Shown here one piece after another: positions 29,425 to 43,774 of a DNA stretch of 64,000 bases. The stretch spans positions 26,288,001-26,352,000 of the forward strand of contig NC_043015.1 in assembly GCF_006345805.1 (NCBI RefSeq). Direction: 5' to 3'. The first letter of the stretch is position 1. Every line of letters begins with the position of its first letter. Under the pieces are notes generated by a model. It ran no database searches. It had not been told where the DNA came from and saw only the letters and a list, made by a program, of their open reading frames with translations. Origin of the DNA: Octopus sinensis. Taxonomy: Eukaryota. The position numbers and the translations under genes were made by a program.

Positions 29425-31140
29425 TATCACCTCGATCACCTTGACCGACCAGTCCGTCGGGCATCCATTTGACACCGCTGGTCACAGTACGCTGTCCACT
29501 CCTCTCTAGATCGCGCCTTCCTCCTCCACGTGATCACAATCGTCCACCTAAAATCGTAATTAAACCGTCGTGGAGGCCTTCCGAGTGGTCGTATCCGCTC
29601 GCGCGGGTACCACTCGAAAAATGCGCGGGTCCACCAATTATCGGTGAGCCGGGCGACGTGTCCAGCCCATCTAAACTTGCTGCGTGTATATTCTACGGTG
29701 ACTTCCCTCACGCCGGACTTCTGTCTGATGACCTCGCTACTGATGTGTTCTCTCAACGAGATTCCAAGCATTGATCTCTCTTTGGGTCTTTGAGCCGTTA
29801 CCAATCTCTGCTCTTCTCTCTTTGTTGTAGCCCATGTTTCACTACCATATAACATTGCAGGTAGAACTGTGCTATTGATGAGGTTGTCGCGAGGGGTCCT
29901 GTTCAACCTTCCCTTGAGCACATCCCTTACGCCATTAAACGCCTTCTATCCGGCCCATATTCTCCGCTAGATCTCCTTTTCGATGTCTCGGCGCATATTC
30001 ACTTCCTGCCCCAGGCAGACATATTCCTTTACCTCTTCTATTTCATCACTGCCGACCACCATTCGACCTGCTGGTACGTTTTCATGCGGTTCATCTTGAG
30101 ACCTACTGCAGAGCTTTTGATGTAGAACTCCGTCAGCGATGAATTCTAAGTCATCAGCGAAACGGAGGTGGGTGAGTAGCTCGCCATTGATGTTGACACC
30201 GACTTGCCAGTCGATGCCTCTGATGATTTGCTCGAGACATGTTTTGGAGAGATCGCATCTCCTTGTTTCACTCCCTCTCGACCGACACTCGTACGGATGA
30301 TGACAGCAGAGCTATGTCGGTGGTACATCCGGAATTTACTTCCTTGTGCAGTTGCATTGCGCCTCAAATTCTTGCCTCTACAGCGAATTCAGCACTGCGT
30401 TGGTTTCGAGGCTGTCGAAGGCCTTCTCATAGTCTAAAAACGCAACGCAAGGAGGCAGCTTGTATTCATTCGCTCGCTCAAGTAGTTGTGTTAGAGTAAA
30501 TATATGATCCATCGTGTTGTAGTCCTTCCGGAAGCCGGCTTGCTCCCTCGGTTGATGTTCATCGAGATGATGTGACAATCTGTTCAGAATTATCTTTGTG
30601 AATAGCTTGTACACGTGAGACAGCAGGCATATGGGTCCTTCTTATATAGCAGGATGGCATTTGACTCTCTCTACTGTGAGGGAATTCTTCCTTCGTCTAG
30701 ATAGTGTGTGAATCGCTCGACGAGGATTTTCCAGAGCTGCTCTCTGCCTGACTTAATATCTCCGATGTTTCTTTCCCTGGCGCCTTTCCGTTCTTCATCA
30801 AGCCAATGGCTCTTTCGACCTCACTCACAAGGATAGGTGGCATATTTTCTTCCTGTTGGAGTGGTGGTAACGGCTGGATTTATCCCATAAACTTGAAGAG
30901 CTTGCAGTAGAAGTCTTCGTAAACTTTTACCATCTCACTCTTATCGTTGACCGGTACTCCATCTGTATATTTCAGGGCCGTCACCTCTGATCTATACAGT
31001 GCCATGTCGCTCTTGCATTTCTTGACGCTCTTCTTTACCTCTGCGGTCTTCAGGAGCTTCTCCATCCGGTATGCCTCAAAGTCTCTCTTCAGCTGCTGAC
31101 GAATCACTCTGCTGAGAAGAGAATATTCAAGGTGAATATA
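29425..31140 (-). mobile_element. 5'-truncated RTE-clade LINE, inactivated
   Basis: YKLFTKII, QPREQAGFR, FLDYEKAFDS, GVKQGDAISPK, LRFADD, STVLPAMLYGSETW, WAGHVAR, PLGRPP. Confidence 0.92.
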
Positions 31141-31161
31141 TGCAAACATAAAGATATGCAT

Positions 31162-31164
<3 letters not shown>

Positions 31165-31240
<76 letters not shown>

Positions 31241-31310
31241 ATATATATTATATATATATATAATATATATATATAAATAGATAGATAAATAGAAAGATAG
31301 AGAGACAGTC
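31165..31310. repeat. (CA)/(TA)/(GATA) microsatellite
   Basis: Direct reading. Confidence 0.9.
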
Positions 31311-31390
31311 AGTCAGACAGATAGACACGTAAATATTTACAGGGATTGTGTGAGAGGCACATATATGCATACCTTTTTCTTTTGTTTTTT

Positions 31391-31437
31391 TCTAGTTTCA
31401 GCTCACTAGCTGTGGCCATGGCGGGGCACCGCCATTT
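31391..31437 (-). mobile_element. SINE 3' tail fragment
   Basis: Reverse complement matches 7773-7815. Confidence 0.6.
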
Positions 31438-31739
31438 ATGTATGTATAATATATTTATATTTGTGTAACTTTGTCCGTTTTTCCGTCCTTGATTTTGTAT
31501 ACATTCGCTGCTTTCTTCCAAGGATTCTAATGCTCTTAGCTTAGTTTTTCCTTGAGGCTGGCCGGATTGGAGCAATCTCAAGAATAATCAGCCGGAATTG
31601 CGAAGATAATCTGGTGCTTGTCTGAGGATAGAGGGCTTCGAATGACCCGTCCTTGTTTTCTTTGTATCGTCAATCTGGATGTTTTATTGTGTCTTTTTGT
31701 ATCATCTAGCTGTCCGGATATTTTGCGTTCCCATTTTGT

Positions 31740-31754
31740 ATTATATATATACAC

Positions 31755-31816
<62 letters not shown>

Positions 31817-31839
31817 CACGTATATATATATATATTATA

Positions 31840-31887
<48 letters not shown>

Positions 31888-31997
31888 TATACCTTTCTAT
31901 ATATATATTAAATATATATGTATATATATGTATATATATATACATTACATATACATATGTATCATCTTATATATCATGATATAAATATACGTGGGTG

Positions 31998-32032
<35 letters not shown>

Positions 32033-32110
32033 AGATACATACAACGGTATACACAAACACATACATATATACATGCATGTATGTGTATGTGTTTGTGTGT
32101 GTATGAACAC
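31740..32110. repeat. (TA)n/(TG)n low-complexity tract
   Basis: Direct reading. Confidence 0.9.
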
Positions 32111-33159
32111 ACACTCCTTCATATGTAATATCAACTACTTAATGCTGTCTAGTTCAGTTTTTTTATGTTTACATCGGTATATTAAAATTATAAAACCATA
32201 CTCGTTATTGCATAAAGATATTTACATATACAGACGTATGAAGATTTACAAGGCGCTATGGCTAGATATTTATGTCGATACGCGTGTATAATTAGGCTTG
32301 GTATTACATATTTCAATATATACAGCAAAAGATATCTCAAATTCTGTGAAAGTTTTACACACAAAAACTTTATTTGTTCCCCATTTTTTGGTGTGTGTCA
32401 ATGGATATATATCTTGAAGATATACGGAAATAAAGTTAAAGATATTCACACACACCGAAACGCTTGCACCACATATATACATACACCAAACACACACACA
32501 CATACGTGTGTGCTGTAGTGAAAATGGTACACTCCTTGCCATGTGACAAAATGGTATGAGGGCCAGTATAAAATCCGACAGTCGGTCGTTGTAGGAGGGC
32601 AGTAGTAATAGGGTTGTTGTATCAATTCTCAGTTGGAGTCAATGTCAGTTACTTGTTGCATACGAGTTCGAGTTACCGTCAATGTAGACGTTTCAAAGTC
32701 ATTGTCTTGCGGAGCTGTCGGCGATAGCACGATAGACGAGTCAAAGATAATAAGACGCTGTATAGCGCCACAACATATTACTGGCGACATGAATATTAGT
32801 GCCGAAAACAGCATACAAGTGCACGAGGATCCACATTACAATAGTGGCGACGAGGATATAAACACTTCACGTAGCCGACGTTGAAAAAGAAAACAATTCA
32901 TTTCACGAGAAAATAAAAAATTCACGCGGATGACGTTGAAAAGTTTTCACGTGGAGAAATTAAAAACTTGACAGAGGAGTAACAAAATATTTTTGCTGTA
33001 TTTACTTTAGAAAAATCCGTAAAACTATGAAAAACTTGTTGGATGGTTTAGTTGAGTTGCAGAAACAGTAACAACAGCAACAACTCAAATAACAACAAGA
33101 ACAACAACTAACGTTACGGCAACAAATGTCACAACTAATGAAGTAGGTAACAAAACTGG

Positions 33160-33400
33160 AAAATACGTTTTCGCCAAACCATATAGCTCATGCCATAAGG
33201 CGGAGATAATGATAATAAAGGAACTGAAAATTATTTAAGAATGATCCCTGGCTTGCCATCCATGCAGGAAGTGCAAAAGATTATCTTAATTGGTAAGTAA
33301 CACACGTACTGAGAAGATCGTTGTCGTGACACGGGGCAACAAATATACGAAGCCCATTATTTATTTGTAGTTGTTTTATTTTTTACATGTTTATTTAATC
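33160..33400 (+). mobile_element. HINE-like terminus + short TAA + family H LINE tail (copy H2)
   Basis: taaggcggagataatgataataaaggaactgaaa...gtcgtga matches 14671-14806 across the same junction. Confidence 0.65.
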
Positions 33401-33438
33401 ATTTATATCTTCTAACTTTTCTCCTCATTTGGACTTAC

Positions 33439-33489
33439 CACTATGAGAATTCCTTGCGCTAATGTCAACTTCATGGAGGTAATTTCAGC
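33439..33489 (-). CDS. Candidate small exon (AEITSMKLTLAQGILIV), loosely WD40-strand-like
   Basis: Perfect donor GTG/gtaagt and 17 stop-free codons. Acceptor weak or ambiguous; the upstream frame has one TGA. Confidence 0.22.
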
Positions 33490-33563
33490 CTGATGACTAT
33501 CTACGTTGACGAGAGTTCATTGCACAATACTTGCATAACGAGCTTCATCTACTCAAAGAACAT

Positions 33564-33619
<56 letters not shown>

Positions 33620-33881
33620 ATGTATGTATAAATGTATAAATGTATGTATGTACATACGTAGAGAGGGAAAATGGGGAGGCAAACAGAGACTGAGAGATAA
33701 ACAGATTTCGATCTAGATATATGTAGTACATAGGAACATACGTTCAGATTGAAAAGCAGAAAATTTTTGTCAATATTTGTACATAAAATACGCATGCACG
33801 AATATAAGTCTATATAGCATGTGTGTGAATGTATTCTGATCTGCACACACACACATACGTGTTTACGTATATATGTATATA

Positions 33882-33955
<74 letters not shown>

Positions 33956-34056
33956 GCTTATACTCATACACAGAGAAAGAGATAAACTGAAAGACAGACA
34001 GACAGATAGAAAGATATACAAATGTTCCAATTACTTGTAGAATATCAAAGTGTGTG

Positions 34057-34089
<33 letters not shown>

Positions 34090-34419
34090 ATCTATGTGCA
34101 TGTGCGTGTCTATCTGTATTTATGTGAGCGTGTATGTTTTATTTGTATGCACACATATATTTAAGTGTGTATACGTGTGCATGGGTATTTATGCTTCCAC
34201 ATATATAGAATATATATCTCCATGTTTAGACTACGACCGATACATTTTGGTGTCTCGACTCTCGCTCAATATATTATTGTTATTGTTGTTGCAGTTGTTA
34301 TTGTAGATGGATACTTTTATTTATGTTTCTTGTTTCAGCTCCATTTCATTTTATTTTAACACCTCACATCTAATCACTTGTGACATATTAAGAGCTCCAG
34401 ATCATTGTACACACACTCA

Positions 34420-34911
34420 CATACCCACGTATAAATATATGTGAATGTACATATGTGAGTATATGTATATATATATATTTTCTATATACATACATATGTA
34501 TGTATGCGTGTTTGTGTGTATATATGTGTGCATGTAAGCATTTACGTATGTAGGTTTATATGTATGTATATATGCATGTATGTATGTTTTTTCAGAGCGT
34601 TTGAATTTATATTTATGTATTAAGATGTCTGATAGCACTGATTCTTTCTGGCTGACGCCTGATTTCCGTGATATTTTAAAGGTATCTCTCCATTTAAACT
34701 TCATATTCAATATCCAGCTACTCACTTTGAGACATTAGCATTCATACACAAATTTGCACATATTATCACAAACGCAAGCATAAACGTGTATACATGTATA
34801 TACATGTATATACATGTATATACATGTATATACATGTATATACATGTATATACATAAATGTGTATACATGTGTGCGTGTGCAGGTGTATATGTGTATATG
34901 AATATATATAT

Positions 34912-34966
<55 letters not shown>

Positions 34967-35259
34967 TAGATATAGATATATATATAGATTGGTAGATAGA
35001 TTGATAGATCGATAAATAGATAGATAGATATAGATATAGATATATATATAGATAGGTAGATAAATTGATGTATAGATAGATAGATATGCATATATATATA
35101 CATGTATATATACATACATATATACGTAGATATATATATCTTTCTCTTTCTCTCTCTCCCTATATATATATATATATATATACACTTGATGTATATTGTA
35201 TATGTAAGATATAATATATGTGAAATATATGTTATATATTTTAAGCATAAATTACATTA

Positions 35260-35312
<53 letters not shown>

Positions 35313-35375
35313 TTCAATATTGCACATATATATGTACATACATATATAAATATAACTATATATATATATGTATAT

Positions 35376-35436
<61 letters not shown>

Positions 35437-35480
35437 AACATACATATATATGTAATACATATATGTATATATGTATACAC
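34420..35480. repeat. Large compound TA/TG/GATA/(GTATATACAT)n low-complexity block
   Basis: Includes a 10-bp gtatatacat tandem at about 34786-34855 and (GATA)n at about 34913-35090. Confidence 0.9.
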
Positions 35481-36090
35481 ACTGTCGTACGTGCTACTAT
35501 ATGTGTATTTGTGTCTGTGTCTGCGTCTGTGTATGTATGCGTGACTGTATGAATATGTTTATGTGGTAGTATTTACGTGCTTGGCTTGCAGGCAAAGATG
35601 TTTGTGTGATTACAGCTTTGTGTTGAATAATTCATATTGATTTTATCACTGGTAAACCTTCCAAAAGGTATCATTGTATACACTATTATAAACTCATACA
35701 AACACACACACATGTATACACACATATACACACACATAGACACACACATAACAAATTAGAACCTATATTATACACACGTGGTATGCAACCCCTCACAAGC
35801 ACGCACACAAACATACAAACTACACACGCGTGGAGAGACGCTATGTCACATTAAAATGTGTTTATATTCAATACTAAAATCCTGTGGTTTTTAAAATAAG
35901 TATGGCGTTTTAAGCAAACTTCTGAAAATTGTTTTTCCGGTGTAAGCTCTTTGTTTAGTTTACTTGGTGAGTCCATGATCTACCTTGCATTACGAATTTT
36001 CACCATCCGTTGTACAGTTCCCTCATGCTTGCGTGCGTGTTTATCTGTTTCTGTGTATGTATGTATGTGTGTGTGCGTGTGTGTGTGTGT

Positions 36091-37057
<967 letters not shown>

Positions 37058-37109
37058 GCGCGTGTGTGTGCTTAATATAAATACATATATAGAATTGATG
37101 CGTCAAGTC

Positions 37110-37897
37110 AGTCCGGTATTAGCCGCACAGCTCGAAGTAAAATCAAACCGAGAGCACTATACTAGCAGTGCAGGATCAAGCTGTGTCCACGAGCTGGAGG
37201 GTCAACATGAGGAATGAGCAAGTGTCTCCTGTGTGCCGCATCAGGATTAGAGTGGATGAAACTATTTCCCATATCACGAACGAATGTCCAAAACCATTAC
37301 AAGTTGTCGTGATACGACAAAGTAGCGAAAGTGATCGCTTAGAAACTGTGTGAATAGTGGGGGTACTAGACAGAGGCAAAACGTGGTATGAGCACAAACC
37401 GTAGAGTGTGGCAGAGTCGGAGACTAGCGAAAGCCTCTGGGATTTCCCAATCCAAACAGATCAGGTGCTAGAGCATAACAGACTGGTTCTAGTGGTGGTG
37501 GTGGTGGATAACTTGCACCACATATGTTATATAGTTGATGTTGCTTGCCCCTTTGATCCATGAATAGTTAAGAAGGAAGGTGAAAAGATAGATAAATACA
37601 ACCCTCTTAAGTACGAAATAGCCTGGCTATGGGAAATGAAGAAGATGAAGATAGTGCCAATTATTGCTGGGCCCTTGGGAACAGTACGAGAAGGCATCAA
37701 GAAAAATATGAAGGAAATTGGAATAGAGCGCCTAATAGAACTGTTGCAAAAGGTTTGCCTCCTTGGCACAGCCAGAATAATAAGGAAAGTATTAGAGAGC
37801 TGATAAAACGGATAGCATGGTACCGTAAGGCTGCAGGTAGGAAGCCCTCAACGCATGCAAAACACCAGGAGCTCGAAGAAAACCTGTGATAAACAGG
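37110..37897 (+). mobile_element. 3' fragment of R4/Dong-type LINE family D (copy D2)
   Basis: Homologous to about 20090-20766 (QDQA, CRIRIRVDETISHITNECP, RLE tail, same 3' end gtgataaacag). Confidence 0.85.
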
Positions 37898-37919
37898 AAA
37901 TAATTATAAATCATTTTTA

Positions 37920-38128
37920 CCATAGGATGCAAGGCCTAAAATTCGAGGGGAGGAAGACACTCGATTACATCGACCCCAGCCCTCAACTGGTCCTTATTTC
38001 ATCGACTCCGAAAGGATGAAAGACAAAGTCGTCAACCTTGGCGGAATATGAGGTGAGTATTGTAAGAGCCGGAAGAAATGCCACCGCTAAGCATTTTATC
38101 TGATGCCTTACGATTCTGCCAGTTCGCT
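37920..38128 (-). mobile_element. tRNA-derived SINE (ggcgagctggcagaatc family)
   Basis: Reverse complement homologous to 40041-40255. Confidence 0.75.
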
Positions 38129-40040
38129 GTATTTGATGATTGTAATTTGAGCTGTAGGCCAGCAATCTTGAAGGGAGGTGGCGTGTGTTAATCGTCAATG
38201 CTTTAAACTGCAGTGCTTGATTTCATTTTATTCACCCCGAATGTATATATGGCATAGCTGATCCCGGTGCGATCTGAACTCAGAAGAAAAAGAAACGAAA
38301 CAAAATATCGTGCTTACATTTTCCCGACACCGTATCAAATCTAGCAGTTAATAATATCAATTTTGCAAATATGATAAAAATGCTTATTTCCTGAAAAATA
38401 TCTTATCAAAAAGCTGCATAAACATGAAATGAATTCATATATAACTCTATAATGAAATATATGGATGGTTAGAAGGAAAAGACACGAGACAATTATATCA
38501 GGCGATAGAGATAGAACTATGTATGTACATATATTAAATATATGTATCTTCTCTTGCCTCTTATTTTCTGTGATGCTTATGTTATCACTCCAGTTATTTT
38601 ATTGTCATGCGAGCTTGCTCCAGAAAGGACATATTGCGCATAAGTTGTATATTGAATTTAATATGTATAACATGAGGTTATTTTCTAATGTGTTATGGTT
38701 TTAGCCATAAATATACTTCATTGAACATACATAATCATCGCTAAATGGATACAAAAGCTTCTCTATACATATGCGAGAAAATGATTACTCAATGCAGAAG
38801 AAACAACAATATGTACGTGTATGTATGTGTATATACATGTATATGTGTGTTCGTATGTGTATGTATTTATGTATATATACATATATTTACAGATATACTT
38901 ACACACATAATGTATATAATACATACGAATGTTTGTACATGTATATGAATGGTATATAAACATACATACACACTAGTAGATAAGCAAACGAAAACTGGAA
39001 CCGTTAAAAAGAAGCAGCACAGGACAAGTCTATATCCTCAGATGTACACTACGGTGTGAAGTGAAATTAACGAAAGCATTAAATAGTTTCAGACCATGTG
39101 ACCATATGGTAATAACCGGGTTATCGTTCCACGTGCTACCATAGGTCATTCTATTATCAAATCTTTATGATCGCAGACGACCTGGTTTCAATATAGCTAT
39201 ATGTTGCCTGTTTTAACACAAGTGGCATATACTGGATTGTATTGCTGTTGATGCTTAAAGAAGGAGCGACATGACTTGAACTGACCAATGGAGGGCAGCA
39301 TTTTCTCACCAAGAAATCGTGTTACTATTTGTTTGAACTTTCTTAGATGCGATCTGTATTTCTGTATAACTGTGAATTGAGAAGCATTCTACGAAACATT
39401 AATTAGAGTGAACCTGTTTACATATACCCCAGAGGACCTCCAAAAAACTAGAACGCATCAATGAGATTTATTCTAGCCAAGGCAATATCAAAATATAAAA
39501 TCACCATAAACATGTTCAACTTTAAGAGAATGGAGAGCAACTCAGAATAACAAGACTCCGATGATATAAAAGATTCACAAGCAAACATATCAAACATACG
39601 TTGACATCTTCAGCTACCCAGCAGATATCACTGATATTTCTGCACCGGGGCAGTACCATTCAATCCAGTGGTGTAAACAGCTTCAATAACGAAAACAAAA
39701 CAAAAAAATAACCTACCTAAGAATCAATAAATAAGCAGAAGGGGCGAAACATTAGCGTAATACCAACACCCGGTTATTGTTATAAATGACAACATTGAAT
39801 ATAAAATGACTTATTGCCACAAAGTTAGAAATTTAAAGAAAAACATAACAGTATCAATAAGATGAAGAAAGTCCTCTCACGAGAGACATTGTGTTTGAAA
39901 TACATATTAGGATAAAATAGAATTAACGAACTAAACGTATAGATCAAAACCTACTGAACCACCACCAATACATGTAAAATGATAACAACACTAGAAACAA
40001 CAAACATACGACTTCAAACATGTACATTGACTAACTATAT

Positions 40041-40255
40041 GGCGGCGAGCTGGCAGAATCGTTAGCACGCTGGGCGAAATGCTTAGCGGTATTTCGTCTG
40101 TCGCTACGTTCTGAGTTCAAATTCCGCCGAGTTCAATTTTGTCTGTAATCCTTTGGGATCGATAAATTAAGTATCAGTTGCACACTGGAGTCGGGCCAAT
40201 CGACAGGCTCCCTCACCAAAAATTTCGCGCCTTGTGCTTAGAGCAGAAAAGAAAT
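40041..40255 (+). mobile_element. tRNA-derived SINE (ggcgagctggcagaatc family), best-preserved copy
   Basis: A-box-like tggcagaatcg and B-box gagttcaaattcc; many copies in the window. Confidence 0.85.
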
Positions 40256-40694
40256 TAATTAACGAATATAGATAAATAGCAGAAAGAAAAACCATAATGA
40301 ACACAATTAGTCTTCCTAACCTTTCTTCCTTTTCGTGTTTGTGTATATACACTTGCACTCACGCACGCGCGCGCACACAAACACACGCACACATATACAA
40401 ACACTCATATATCTCTATAAAGATGCCAATAACCTGCTGTTAGAACACAATACACATATGTTTTAGAATAAAGCGTTAATCAAGTACAGAAGGTAATAAG
40501 AACTGACGACGAGGGAGCATTGGCTTAAAGGTGTTTCTGCTATAGGAAGCTGCACACTCAGAGCTCATTGCTGGTGTATTACCTTATATCTTGCTCAGAA
40601 CTTTTAAAATGAAGTGTATCGTTATTTGGTAAAGCTTTTAAATGCATGCCAAAGGTCATTATCGAAATGATAAAAAATATATACCTAAGAAATA

Positions 40695-41128
40695 GTGTGC
40701 AGTGTTTGAAGAAGAGAAGCCATTTCCAGGAATATGCAGATTTAAATAATCCTATGCATTTATACAGGCGCAAAATGAATACACACACATACACTCACGC
40801 GCGCGCGCGCGCAAACACACATATACACACTCACAAGCATATACACGTGCATACACACAAACGCGCTCACATACGTGTAACCACACATGTAGAGACATAT
40901 GTATAAGTAATATGTATTTTATTACACGGTTAAACAGGTACATGTGAGTCACCGTCAAAACTCCTATGAAGACACATAGAAAAGGAAAGTATCTAAAATG
41001 TTGATAAATAAAATTCTGCTTTCTACTTTATATGTGATGGCCTTCAGTTTGTGCCTCCGTAAATACGTAAGATTATCTAAATCTGCATATTTCTGAGATT
41101 GGCTTCTCTCATTCAAATTTTACACACA
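40695..41128. repeat. Imperfect inverted repeat pair (about 70-85 bp arms) around a CA-rich spacer
   Basis: gagaagccatttccaggaatatgcagatttaaataatc... (about 40710-40778) versus the reverse complement of 41044-41112. Confidence 0.6.
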
Positions 41129-41425
41129 TTATTTGTATTATTAACATTTCGAATGTAAACATTTCCTTGAATTGAAATGCTTTCCCAAATATAAATGCAC
41201 TTCATTTAAAAGGCTCCAATTTAATGTGATGCGCAAACACTCCGCTCCGAGGGTAACTGCTTCTTATTACAGGAACAGGTGAAGAGATTACGTAATTTCT
41301 GTTCCTTGCCATTCCGTAAACACACACACACTCACACACGCACACATATATACAAATGTGTATGGGTAAGAGCAAAGAGAGAGAGAGGGGGAGATAGAGA
41401 GCTGCATAGATAGAGAGATAGAGAG

Positions 41426-41456
<31 letters not shown>

Positions 41457-41536
41457 GATCTATGTTTAGATAAACAGGGAGACAGACAGAAGACAGATAG
41501 ATAGGCAGACAGACAGGTAGATGGAAAGACAGGCAA

Positions 41537-41646
<110 letters not shown>

Positions 41647-42363
41647 CGCTATAAAATAACGAAGCAGTATTACAGTTATATTACTGAGCGTGCAAGAAAT
41701 TTTGTTTTCACAGCAAATTATACAGCAGCTTTGGTGACTGGAATGCTTTCGGTATCGAATACATCGTTCAGTTTTCTTCAATTGTCTTCCCGACCAAATC
41801 CATCTATTCTATTTCTCTCTGCCTCTTTGTAAGTATCTCGGAAGTTAAATCAATAACATACATGTATTTATTCTTAGAAGCAAACGAAGACGTTTTTTTC
41901 ATCTAAATAAATAAACTTGTCACTCTGATAATTTAAAAGGTTGCATAACTGAGAATTATTTGAAATTTTTAGAAAGCATTGTTACATTTTTCGTTGAAAG
42001 CACATCGTTAGTGTACCGTCGAGACGAATTGACAATCATTACATGGTTTATGACACATCATTCCAGTCTCTTCAGAGAATTAGTAATATCGTAGAAACGT
42101 ATGAAATTATTTAAGACATAGACCTCGAAAAAGATATTAACAATATTTCTTGTAATAATTAAACGTGACAGGGTCTGTGCAAGTTGTTTCGGTTATATAT
42201 TTTTTAGTGCAGTGTTTTGAATGAAGCTAGATTTCGAATTCAAAACTAGATTTGGGAAAAGAGTTGTACATATCTATTAATATATATCTGTGAGTGCGTG
42301 TGCATGTGTGCGTATGTGCGAGCACGTGTGTAAATTAGGTTAATAGTTAGTGTGTGTGTGTGT

Positions 42364-42745
42364 GGATGCACAATGGCCCAGTGGTTAGGGCAGCGGACTG
42401 GCAGTCGTATGATGGCCATTTCGATTCCCAGACCGGGCGTTGTGAGAGTTTATTGAGTGAAAACATCTAAAGCTCTACGAGACTCCGGTTGGAAGTAGTG
42501 ACAAACTCTACTGTACTGTTTCACCACAACTTTCTCTCTCTCTCTTTCTTCCTGTTTCCGTTGTACTTGTATTTCAAAGGGCCAGACTTGTAACTTTCTG
42601 TATCACGCTGAATCTCCCCAAGATCTGTGTTAAGGGTAGACATGTCTGTGGAGTGCTCAGCCACTTTTACGTTAATTTCAAGAGCAGGATCTTCCGTTGA
42701 TCGGATCAACTTGAACTCACGTCGTCGTAACCGACGGAATGCCAC
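42364..42745 (+). mobile_element. tRNA-derived SINE, second family
   Basis: A box tggcccagtgg, B box ttcgattccc, internal CT tract, 3' end gtaaccgacggaatgcc. Confidence 0.75.
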
Positions 42746-42771
42746 GATGTATGTATATATATATACATATA

Positions 42772-43256
42772 CAGGGTGGGTGGAAAGTAACTAGGTATTA
42801 GAAATTGCTTATAGAATTTTTCGTATCACTGAAGTACAAGAAATTATATTGTTCTCACAGACAACACTAATGGGGATTTAAAAATTTTTTTATTGTCCTA
42901 TTTCTTATATTATACTTCCTACATGACCGGCCGGTTGACTGTTCAGGAGCTAGGCAGGCTAGCAGAATGCTATGAAGTGTGAATTTCCATTGTTTTTATT
43001 CAAAGATGAGGGCGTGCATGGAACGGAGACAATTAAAAGTTGTAATGCAAAGGTGATGAGCACGGGCTCTGTGAACGTTGCAAAAAGAAATGGCCGTCCA
43101 AGCACATCTCGATCAGCGGAGAACGGTGCAAGAAATGTTATAAGCGTAACCCGCAAAAATCAACAAGTAGCTCTAGAAAGTGGACTAACAAGACAAACAA
43201 TGCACACGGTGTTACATAAAGAAGTAAATATTCGCCCATTGAAACACCATTACTAG
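42772..43256 (+). mobile_element. 5' remnant of a Tc1/mariner-superfamily transposon
   Basis: TA|CAGGGTG terminus and decayed HTH region (STGSV...KRNGRPSTSRS...ALESGLTRQTMHTVLHK...RP). Confidence 0.55.
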
Positions 43257-43494
43257 CGGTGGATGCTACTGTAGCTTGTAGCCCCGGGAGGAAACCTTCT
43301 CCAGCTGGCTATTGAAACACTCTCTGTGCCCTATCAGTATTTGCAACAGGGAGCCATCCTTCCCGTCTCCAACCTATGATACACACGAACTCGAGCTTCT
43401 GGGAATTGTTGTAGCTACTGTTTATACCTAGCTCAGAGATTTATTGTTGCTATATCAATATATATATATATATATATATATATCAATATATATG

Positions 43495-43534
<40 letters not shown>

Positions 43535-43774
43535 GATATCTGTAAGTACATCCCGAATTCTAGAAAAATCATACACACAGTTTTTTCTAGAAAACCCATA
43601 CACACAGTTTTATATATCAGCACGCACCGCACACAAATATATACACAAAGCGAATTTAAATCATACTTTCTTCTTCTCCAACCATTGTATCCTTACATCT
43701 TTTGATTGTACATATAACTGTATTTTTTGTATGGCAGGTCACTTTCGAGTGCTACTGGTAACATGTAACCCATA

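Noticed and set aside
31615-31660. ctgagga...cgaat as a further hammerhead
   Set aside because: GAAA is not intact and there is no stem I complementarity
32510-32525. ctgtagtg as a CACTA terminal inverted repeat
   Set aside because: No partner TIR and no target-site duplication found
39100-39260. Decayed RT around ADDL
   Set aside because: Too degenerate to assign
41714-41828. Plus-strand 115-nt exon candidate (ttttgttttcacag ... gtaagt)
   Set aside because: Same reasons as the 21440 candidate; unsupported without transcript data
42005-42085. Minus-strand ctgaagagac...gtctcgac as a hammerhead
   Set aside because: GAAA is missing and there is no stem I
42364-42440. tRNA gene
   Set aside because: A and B boxes are present but there is no cloverleaf and it continues into a SINE body; no true tRNA or rRNA genes were seen in the window
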